Positions 1 through 9,100 of a DNA stretch of 20,000 nt are shown here, in pieces; position 1 is the stretch's first letter; each line of letters opens with the position of its first letter. The notes beneath the pieces are model-generated. The model saw nothing but the letters and a program-made list of their open reading frames with translations, was not told the DNA's origin and made no database searches. The DNA comes from Rhizaria sp. SCN 62-66 (taxonomy: Eukaryota): the NCBI GenBank assembly GCA_001724265.1, contig MEDY01000017.1, positions 123,039 through 143,038 of the forward strand, read 5' to 3'. Both the position numbers and the translations under genes were made by a program.

Positions 1-3000
1 GCTTCGGCGACGACTGACTCGGCCGTTGTGAGCTCGCGCTGTAACGCGCTTGTATGCTCGCCAGCGCGCGCTGCGGCCGCGGAGTGGCGCTCATGCAGTC
101 GCTGTTCCGCGCCGCGCTGCGCGTCGAGCGTTGCGACAAGCCGCAGCCGTAGCTCCGAGGCCTCACGAGCAAGCTCGCCGCAGCCTTCGTGCACTGCAAC
201 AGCTTCCGCTAAGTCCAACGTCGCAGTGTCCAGCCGTGCGAGCGCATCAGCGCGCTCGGCCTCGGCCTTCTCCAGCGCGCGCTGCTGCAGCCGCCGCGCC
301 GCCGCCGCCGCCGCGAGATCGCGCTCGAGCCCCGCAGCCGTGGCCGTGGCTTGTGCCGCCGCCGAGCGCACCGCGGCAGCCTCTGCTTCGATGCTCTCCA
401 ACCGCGCCGCTGCGGCCTCCGCAACGACGCGCGCGGCGACGGCGGCGTCGCGCTCTTCCTCCGCCGCGCGCTGCCGGGCCTGCGCCTCCGCAACCGCCGC
501 GCGCAGCTCCTCAGCGGCCGCCTCGGACGCCGCGGCCGCCGCGCGCGCGCGATCCGCTGTCTGCTCGTGTTTCCGGGCCTCCGCCTCGAGGGCGAGCACT
601 TGCGCGCCGCCGGTGGACTGGGAGAGCTTCGCCAGACGTGCCTTGGCGGCGCGCGTGGTGCGCTGCTCTTCGGCAAGCGTCTCAGCCAGTGCAGAGCCTT
701 CAGCACGTAAAGCAGACTGCGCTTGTGCGAAGATAGCGAGGTCGCGACGAAGAGTCTCTGCCTCAGCCTCGGTCTGTTTCGCGCGGGTCATCGCCCGCGC
801 AAGCTCAGCGCTATACAGAGCAAGAAAAAAAAAGGGAAACAAATACATATTAGGACATTAGTAAAATACATTGTCAATACTCAATTTTGTGATCACCAAT
901 ACCGAAAATTAAGCGGAAGTTGCAGAATTGAATTGAGTAATAGATAAACGTACCTGAGATGCGAGCGTGCGTCTTCAGTGCGCGCAACACGGTCCTTAAG
1001 CGCTGCAGTCTCGCGCATCAGTTCCGCGCGCTCACGGCCCCACGCCGCTGCAGCAAACGCGTGCGCTTGTGCGCTGCCGCCCCCAGCAGCTGCTGCCGCC
1101 GCAGCAGCAGCGGCAGAGGGGGATGTCAGTCCGCTCATCGTCGCACGGCTCGACCGTGCAGAGGCACCGGCCCCGCTAAACCCCGCGGCGCCGTACGCGG
1201 CGGCCTCGGCGAGCGCGGCCTCGAGCGACAGCGCGGAGGGACTGAGGCTGGCCAGCGGCGCTGCGCGTTCGCGGAGGTCGACGGAGCCCTGCCGCCGGTA
1301 CGCCGCGGCGGCGGCCACGGCGCGGGGGCTGATCGCGCGCGTCAGACCGCTGTTGGAGCCTGCGCCCGAGCCGGAGCCGGAGGAGGCACTGGTGGCGCTG
1401 CCGGCCGCGGCAGCGGCGGCGGCGGCGGCGGCTAGAGTGAGGCGCTCGCTTGCTGTGGGCATGAGGTTGTGACCGTTGCCGTGGCCATGGCCGTGGCCGT
1501 GGGCAGTAGAGTGAGTGTGCGAAGGGGCCGACACGGTTGAAGCGCGCGCGAGAGAGCGGTTCTGACCAAAATATCCCTGCTGCTGTGTCTGTTGCTGCTG
1601 TTGCTGCTGCGGGTGCGCATGAAAGGCATGTGTGCTGACACCCGCTCTGCCAGCATTACTACCATTGCGCACGGCGGTGTTGTCGTCCTCCTCTCCTTCG
1701 CCACCGCCGCCGCCGCCACCACCACCGCCGGCACCGATCATACGTGTCGCCGGCGCCGCAGTGTGCGAAATTGTCGCCTGCCCTTTCACCACCGCGTTTC
1801 CGCCGTGCGTCTGCGTGTACGCGTACAGCGGGGGTTGGGTTTGGGCGCCGAGCGCGGCCGTAACTGGCGGGGATGCGGTCAGCGGGGAGCGGGCTTGAGT
1901 CTGGGCGAGTAGCAGCGCTTGGGGCTGGGTTTGCGAGAGCGCTTGTGCTTGCAGCTCGTCTTGCCCCTGCATTTGCCCTTGAGACGGAGACTGATACTGC
2001 GACTGCGCTTGAGTCTGGGGCTGCTCTTGTGGCTGCCCCTGCGAGTGCAGGTGCAAGTGGCCCTGTCCCGGGGATGTCGCAACAGCTCCTGCAGCAGCAG
2101 CAGCGGCAGGATCGCGAGTCGGCTCACCAGTGGCCGTGGCAGTCGCAGGGTTATCGGCCGCGGTTGTCCCAGTGGCTGCGTCAGAGTCTGATAGCGACGA
2201 CACTGCCAGCGCTGCCAATCCCTGAGGAGACACAAGCATCGGCCCAGGCACCGCAGAGGCCATGACGCTCACATTCACGTTCACATTCGCCTTCGTACTT
2301 GTGCTGGGGACAGTGGCGCTGCTAGTATTAGCGGTCGCGTTTGAGGCGTCAGTGACGGGCCTTGACGGCGCAGTCGTGCGAGGAGCAGCGGGGATTGTTG
2401 CGACGGAGACCGAGACAGCAGCAGTGTTGTCCGTTAGAGCCGCACTTGTCGCAGAGGACGTTGCGTTTGCCTCAGCAGCGGAAGGCTCGCCCTGCTGCTG
2501 CTGTTGTTGTTGCTGCACCCGCGGTTGGGTTTGTTGCTGTTGTTGCATCTGTTGTTGTTGCTGTTGTTCACGGTGTTCGCGCAACTGAGACGCCCGGAGC
2601 ACCCTCTCGGCTGCCGTGCGCGCCAGCAGCTCCGGCGGCAGCGGCGCCGCACCCCCGCGCTCGGTCACTGTGCCGTAGGGCCCCACGCGCATCACACCGG
2701 CCAGGTTCGCCACTGCGCCTGGTAGCGGGCACACGCCGGCAGAAACAGGGGGTGCATTAGCGTCCGCGGCAGCGGCATCATCACTGGCGACGGTCGACAC
2801 GGCAGGAGAAGGCGAGGGCGCACCGGAGGCGCGTGTGGGCGGCCGGCGCATCGGCTGCGTGACGGCGAAGGAGTCGCCAGAGCTCGTGTAGTGCTGTTGC
2901 GTAAGCTGTAACTGTTGCTGCATCTGTTGCTGTTGTTGTTGCTGTTGAGGAAGGTGTGTCGGTGGCGGAGGCTGGCGCGCTGAGAGTTGCAGTGCAGACA

Positions 3001-3463
3001 GCGCGACAGGAACCATCACAACTGTGCCGGACGCTGTGCGCGTAAATGCGCTACCGTCGTTCGCAGACGCAACTGCGGAGGCAGAGGCAGCAGCAGAGGA
3101 TGAGGATGAGGTCGTCGTGGGAGGGCGTTGGATGGGAGGGAAGACGAGAGGCCCTCCAGCGCCGCCGCTGCTACTGCTTCCGGTCTGAGTCCGGCGCAAG
3201 GCATTGTCACCCGATGCGCCCTCAGTAGCACCACCGATGGCGCCACTACTGCTGCTGCTACTGCTGTCGCTTGAGACGGGGCGCCAGTGCGCCGATGAAG
3301 TCGGCAACGCAGGGCCGGACACGGGGACGGGCGTGGCGGCGTCTAGTGAGTCGTGGACAAGCACGGGGGCGCCCATAGATGACAAAAACTGAGAGCGTTC
3401 GTGCGGAGGAAGTGCGGCTTCCATGGCGTGCCGTGCGCGCTCCCGGAAGGAGGACTCGGCCAT
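1..3463 (-). CDS. Unknown protein with a ~800 aa low-complexity (Q/A/S/G-rich) N-terminus followed by a long Ala/Glu/Arg-rich coiled coil; 3'-partial; exons 3463..954 and 810..<1
   Basis: ORF from ATG 3463 (MAESSFRERAR...) runs to a GTACGT donor at 953. Splicing to the polypyrimidine-TAG acceptor at 811 (phase 2) gives an open frame to the window edge (SAELARAMTRAKQTEAEAETLRRDLAIFAQAQSALRAE...LQRELTTAESVVAE) with coiled-coil-like composition. No family recognised. Confidence 0.8.
811..953 (-). other. Spliceosomal intron (143 nt, phase 2)
   Basis: Minus strand AG|GTACGT ... CCCTTTTTTTTTCTTGCTCTGTATAG|C; AT-rich between GC-rich exons; removal joins two open frames. Confidence 0.88.
2492..2568 (-). 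repeat. CAA/CAG trinucleotide tracts encoding polyglutamine
   Basis: Encodes EQQQQQQMQQQQQTQPRVQQQQQQQQ; similar tracts near 1578-1609 and 2894-2947 in the same gene, and near 8308-8331 and 10516-10542 in the INTS9-like gene. Confidence 0.85.
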
Positions 3464-3769
3464 CGCTGAGAGGCGGGAATAAGAGGAGAAACGACCGGGG
3501 TCAGAAATGAGGATAGTGAAGACTATGAGTTATTTAAGAAGGATAGAAAGTATAAATGAATATTATCACAATTGAAAAGGCCAAGAACGCAGTCAAATAA
3601 ATCCCTGACGTTGATTCTATCGAGATATGATCGTTGAAAGATCAAGTCCCAGTCCTCTCGGTCGGCTGCGGGCTCACGGTCGGTTGAGACAGACGTTTCT
3701 TCTGCGTTTTCTGTTACCGCTTCTAGTGAGCTAGTCCCCACGTCAAAGTGTCTGCTTATGGCATATTGT

Positions 3770-3816
3770 ATTTGGTTAATTGCATTGTACTATGAATAAT
3801 AACGCTAATTTGGTTA
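3770..3816. promoter_or_regulatory. Candidate bidirectional promoter element: two copies of ATTTGGTTA between divergent genes
   Basis: ATTTGGTTA at 3770-3778 and 3808-3816 in the AT-rich core of the spacer between ATG 3463 (-) and ATG 4134 (+); a third copy at 17762-17770 near the other divergent pair. Function is inferred only. Confidence 0.3.
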
Positions 3817-4133
3817 GAGATTTGATTCCTGTGTAATGTCGTTCACAAGCCTTGCCTGCCGAGACGAACATTGCCTCACTGACTTCTCTCTCTTTCGTAT
3901 GTCTCCTGTGTAGCCAAACCAACTTTTACGTTTCATAGGTTAACCACCGAACGTAGCCGCTAATTACAAAACGCAAAAGGGTATTCACCCGCGTACTGCC
4001 TCACAACCACACATCGTACCGTCCTCTCTGAGACATCTCTAACCAGACCAAGGGCTCTCTTCGACCCAGCTCACCTTCCATACTTCAAGAGCCGGCTCAG
4101 ACACATCTTTTCTCCCACCGACACACTCGTCCG

Positions 4134-5819
4134 ATGTCCAGCTACGGCTACACGGCGAACCCGCAGCCCGTGCACGGCCCAAGGGCCGGCGCAGGCAGCG
4201 CGACAATGACTTCCGCCGCCAACGCGGACCGCGCTCGTTACCGCGCCAACCCAGCGCTCGAGGCGACTATGCCCAGCATGAACATTGCGCACGACCCGCG
4301 CGTTGTGCGCGGCGTTACCGCGGGTCGCCCCATGTTGCGCGCCGCACCGCCCGCCGCGCCCGCGCCGCCGCTGCGCGTTCAGAAGGAGACCCGCGAGGCC
4401 GAACGCGCCCGCCTGGTGAAGCTCGGCCTGATTCGTCCCCAACTCAAGTCAACGGCCGAGATCCACGCCCACATCGTCGTCGCCAAGAAGCGCACTCCGC
4501 TTGACCTCTCCCAATTTCTCACCGAGCCTGCGCGCACCGTGGCGACGTCGGTCGAGACGACTCAGACGGACCGTTTCGTCACCCCGCCCCCGTCGCCGCC
4601 GCCGTTCCGCGCGCGCAAGGTTGGCCGCGACGCCGGCTGCCAAGTCGAGGACTCGGCCGTGTTTGACTTCGACCGCGACGTCGCCGCGCTTACGCAGCTC
4701 ATCGTCGGCCACACGCTGGAGCAGACGCTGGCCGAAGTGCGCCGCGAGGAGTCGTCCAAGAACGTCTCGGCCCGCACCGCCGCGCTCGACTCCCGCGAGC
4801 AGGGCCGCGCGCGCGAGGCCGAGGACCGCGCCGCCGCGGAGCAGGAGCGTCAAGACCGCCTCGACCGGCTCCGCGGCGAGGCCGGCCGCCGTGCCGCCGC
4901 CGAAGCGCGCGTCGCGGACCTCTTGCGCGCGCATGCCTTCTCGCGCCGCGCGCTGCGCGGTCTGCAGCCTGGTGTCGTGGCCGAGCTGCACGAGCAGGGC
5001 GTCGTCGCTGACGCACACGCGCGCGCAGTCGAGACGCAGTTCTTGCCCTGGCTGCTGGACAAGGTGCGCGACAACGTGCGCGCGCGCGGGGACGCCGCTG
5101 CGCTCACGGACGCGTTGTTAGCCGCGGCTTTGACTGGCGAGGCGGCGCGCGTGCGCGAGGTCGCGGCCGGGCGCGCTGCGGAGGCAGCAGAGAAGGCCGC
5201 CGCGGAGGAGCGCGCCGAGACGGAGCAGCGTCAGCGCGCGCGCGTGCGTCTGCTGATCCAGACCGACCTGGCCGCGGAGCCCGTGGCGCTGGTGCTCACC
5301 GGACTCGACTCGGTCGCGGATGTTGAGGCGCGTGTGCGCGACTGGGTGCGCGCGTTCGCGCAGGAGCACCCCGACGCCATGGACCCCTCGGTCGCGGCCG
5401 CGCTGCTGCGGCCCGACGCCAGCGGCAGCGGCGGCGTGTGCGGGTCGCGCGAGGAGGCCGAGGAGGCCGCAGCGGCGGCGGCGGCGCGCGAACAGCATGA
5501 CCAGGATGAGGAGCCGGAGCAGGAAGAGTACGTCGACGAGGAGGACGGGCAGGTGAAGCTGCGGCCCGTGGCACGGCGCCGCGTGCAGCCGCAGGTCGCG
5601 GCGTGGGTGCGCTGCGACTGGGGCGGCCGCGCGTTGGCCCCGGAGACACCGCTGCATGCGGTGGCGCCGGCGGTGTTGCGCAGTCTTGCTGTGTCGGTCG
5701 AGCACGATGTCAAGTTCTTTGATAATGAGACAGAGGGGGCGGATGAGGGCGATGCGGGCGCGGAGCATGACGCGCAGCAGGGTGATGATGCCGGCGATGA
5801 CGGGATGCACCAGCAGTGA
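4134..5819 (+). CDS. RSP3: Radial spoke protein 3 (flagellar), 561 aa, with a C-terminal ubiquitin-like extension
   Basis: MNIAHDPRVVRG and TQTDRFVTPPPSPPPFRARKVGRDAGCQVEDSAVFDFDRDVAALTQLIVGHTLEQTLAEVRREE match recalled RSP3/RSPH3 motifs (NIMYDRRVVRGNTY; TQTD..PP.P.F.P.K.G.D..TQI..GDLFDFD.EV.PIL..LVGK.LEQ.L.EV.EEE), then a coiled coil and VETQFLPWL. Intronless; ends TGA. Confidence 0.9.
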   Translation: MSSYGYTANPQPVHGPRAGAGSATMTSAANADRARYRANPALEATMPSMNIAHDPRVVRGVTAGRPMLRAAPPAAPAPPLRVQKETREAERARLVKLGLIRPQLKSTAEIHAHIVVAKKRTPLDLSQFLTEPARTVATSVETTQTDRFVTPPPSPPPFRARKVGRDAGCQVEDSAVFDFDRDVAALTQLIVGHTLEQTLAEVRREESSKNVSARTAALDSREQGRAREAEDRAAAEQERQDRLDRLRGEAGRRAAAEARVADLLRAHAFSRRALRGLQPGVVAELHEQGVVADAHARAVETQFLPWLLDKVRDNVRARGDAAALTDALLAAALTGEAARVREVAAGRAAEAAEKAAAEERAETEQRQRARVRLLIQTDLAAEPVALVLTGLDSVADVEARVRDWVRAFAQEHPDAMDPSVAAALLRPDASGSGGVCGSREEAEEAAAAAAAREQHDQDEEPEQEEYVDEEDGQVKLRPVARRRVQPQVAAWVRCDWGGRALAPETPLHAVAPAVLRSLAVSVEHDVKFFDNETEGADEGDAGAEHDAQQGDDAGDDGMHQQ

Positions 5820-6120
5820 GCGAACGAGCGATAAGGAGTTCAAGTGGGAGCTATCAAGCAAGCTTAGCTGCGTTGATGCAGTCTGACTGAAGGAAGGCCT
5901 CGGCCGCGATCCGACGAAGTTTTTGTGTTACCTATTCCTGTTTCTGTTTCAAACGAATTACTAAATACACATATGTTTACGTTATCAACGTCAGTCCACT
6001 TGAATTCCAATGGCATACAGTCAACAACTTCTGACTTCTCACCGCCGGCTTGGGCCAACCCCCGAAAGATGACGATTTAAAATCTTTTGAATAAAGCTGT
6101 ACAGACTCCGTTAAAGTACG

Positions 6121-9100
6121 ATGCCAGTCGAGGTAACACATTTAAGCTCCGACGGGGGCATTTTACTAAAATGGGGCGATTTAAAAGTCTTGTTTGACTG
6201 TCCTATCCGCATTCCCGCGTCGCTCTCTTTGGGCGAGGATCCATGGGTCGAGACTCTGCTACCGCCCACGTTTGATCTCAGCTCCATCGATGCCATTGTC
6301 GCTTCAAGTGTCCCGGCCATGCTAGGCCTGCCTGCAGCTTTGGACCCGCGCCGCGGCTTTAACGGAGCCGTCTTTGCTCCCGCAGCGTGTGTGGAGCTGG
6401 CTGCTGCTGCGATGTATCGAATCGCCGCACTCCCGCTTGCGCCGATCGCACACGCACTCGAAGCAACACACAAGCCTGGCCCAGCACCGCACACGGGCTC
6501 TGCAGGCGACGCATGGCACGCAGAGCGCCCTTACACCGCCGCCGCGGTTGCGCGCGCACTGGCTCGCATCACCAGCGTTTCCCCCACCTCGCCCGCCATC
6601 GTGCGCGCCCGCGGTCACGCCCACGCCGCAGCGGCCGCGCTTGACCTGGCGTGGACGGCGGGCCCACACGCGCTCGCGCTCACGCCGCAGTCGTCCGGGC
6701 TGGGCGCCGGCGCAGTGTTCTGGCTTGTTGGCGACGCGGCGGCCACCGCGGGCGCAGGCGCTGGCACGTTCAGCCACAGCGATTTCTCTCGTACGTTTTT
6801 TTCTATCCTAGCAGATATTCATCATGTATTTGAAGTAAATACATGTTTTGGGAGCCTATATTAACTAAAATACTATATTTTAACATCATTATTTGTTTTT
6901 TTTGTTGTTGTGTTAAATATAGACACGTCTCGCCGCCCCCGCGCTGTCGTGGTGACTCAGTGCCACTCGCCACTGCCGCCCCCACCGCCGCCGCCGGCAA
7001 CCTCCGCCTCTGCGGCCGCTCACGAGCCCGCGCCCGCCGCGCTGTCCGCACCCTTTGCGCTTGACGCCCTGCTCACACACCTCGCCAGCGGACATGCAAA
7101 GTCGAATGCGAGTGAAAGCGTCACATCAGTCCCGCCGTTGCTGGTGGTCGCCGGCAGCGCGCTCGCGTCGTCGCTCGCGAGCCTCACCCCCCCGCGCGTG
7201 CCGCTGCCGCTGTTGCACCGTGCCCCGCTGTTGTCGCTGCCCACGCCGACCCGCCCGCGACAGCCGCTGCTGCGGTCCGCACTGGCTCTAGCGCTTTATC
7301 ATCTCACGGCTGGCGACGCGGGCTACCTCCAGCTGCACGCGCGCGCTCTCCGCAGTGCTAGCAGCGACGCAGCGATGAAGCTAGCCCCGCCACGTGCGTC
7401 CACGCTGCTATCGCGCGCTGCCGCGCTGTTGCGCTCCGGCGCCGGTCTGCCGCCCACTGTGCCGATGCTGACATCCGCGCTTGCTCAAAGTAGTAGCTTA
7501 ACTGACTCGAGCAGCTCTGCGTCTGCGATCTATGACCGTATTCTCACTCTCTCTGCCGTAGACCCGGCCCCAACTGCCGCGACCGCATCTGCATTGAGTG
7601 GAACAGAGCCCCGTGTGCGTAAACAACGTGCTGCTGGCCCTGTGCTGGCGTCGCTGCCGGCCGCAGCGACTGCGAGCGCCGACTGGGTGCTCGAACTGCT
7701 TGAGCGGCTGTCGCTCGTGCTCACCGTCGCTGCGCCCGCAGTGCCCGCCATCGCACACCCGCCCCCACCGCATTCTGGCAGCATTGAAAACAAGAGCACC
7801 GAGCAGTGTAGTAGCTCTGATATTGGCGTTGACGTGGGTTCTGTCCCGCTCCAAGTGCTTTTCCTTGGCCCTTCATGGCGGCCTCTGCTAAGCCACGCAC
7901 TTTCACGTCCAGACACCGCCGGCCCCGCGCGCGCCCCTCTGACCTACGCCCCCGCGCCCGGCGCTGCCCCGGCCGTGGCGGTGTCCGCGCTCGCCGCTGA
8001 CAGCGCCGAGCCCGCCGCCGTGGCCGACGCCGCCGCTGGCTGCGGTACGGGCACTGGCGCAGACACCCTGCTGGCGCCGTTGCCGGGCGATGTCGCGCCG
8101 TCTGCACCGCTGGGCGCGCTGCCGCTGCCGGCGAACGTGTCGGCCACCGGTACCGGCGCCGGGGCGAGCACGAGCACCGCGAGTTCCGGCCCCGGCGGGC
8201 GTGGGACCGCGGGCGGACACATGCAGCTGCTGGCCGCGCTTGCGGCCGCAGCGGGCGCGGCGACAACCGGGCCTATTGCATCGGCGTTGCGTGAGAGCAA
8301 CTCAGCTCAACAGCAACAGCAGCAGCAGCAGATGCAGGCGCTGCCGGCGGGACTGCCCCGGACTGGCGCTATGATCTCATTTGCAGACTCACCGCACGAC
8401 CCCGCGGCGCGGCTTGTTCTCGACGCTTGTGCACGCCCGGTGCCGCAGTCACTGTCAGCGGAGGATGAGGTTGTCGCTGCGGGCAGTCTCGCGCTGCCAG
8501 TGCTGGTGCTGAGCGATGAGCCGCTGTGGGGGCCCGGCGCGGGCGCGGTGTTGCGCGCGTGGCGTGGCCGTGACGATGCGCTTGTGCTTGACCTCGGCCC
8601 TGCGCTTGACGCCACTACGACAGCTGCCGCCGCAACCGCGATGGACGTGAATACTGCAATCACAGACGCACTGCCGCCGGCGCTGGCGATGGCGCTGCAG
8701 GGATGCGATGGCTGTGGCCGCCGCGGCTGCCACAACGCGTGTCTCGGACTGAGTAGTCGCAGTGAACACAAAGACACACACGAGACTGACATGTTGCCTG
8801 CGTTTACGTATGTCGCCGCGCCTTTGTCGACCATTTCAGCGCCGCTGCTGTCTGACCGTGCAGTGCGTAACTGGGCGCCTGCGTGGGGCTGGGAACACAC
8901 CGGTGGCTTTGTACCCGCCGATCTCCGCGGTTTGACCGCCATGCTGCGCGCTCGCGCCGGTCTGCGCGCGCCGCCGTTAGTGATCTCACTGCCCGCGCCC
9001 GCGCTGCCGCGCTTTCTGCTGACGCCCGCGCTTGCCCGCGCGCTGCCGCTGCCGCCGGCGACGGCTGCAGTCACCACACACGCCCCCGGCGCTCCAGGCG

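Noticed and set aside
28..861. Plus-strand ORFs 28..861 and 50..736
   Set aside because: Antisense shadows of the GC-rich coiled-coil exon on the minus strand; Ser/Ala/Arg-biased translation with no motifs.
3523..3741. 72 aa minus-strand ORF as an upstream coding exon of gene 1
   Set aside because: GTG start, no in-frame ATG before upstream stops, second half AT-rich and intron-like.
3780..3840. AATTTGG as the Sm site of an SL RNA or snRNA gene
   Set aside because: No convincing flanking stem-loops or leader/donor arrangement visible; a 7-mer is expected by chance in AT-rich DNA.
3877..3938. Acceptor-like CTGAC-pyrimidine-TAG (3911-3913) upstream of RSP3 as another trans-splice site
   Set aside because: About 220 nt from the ATG and overlaps a good donor (GTATGT at 3897), so an ordinary 5' UTR intron explains it equally well.
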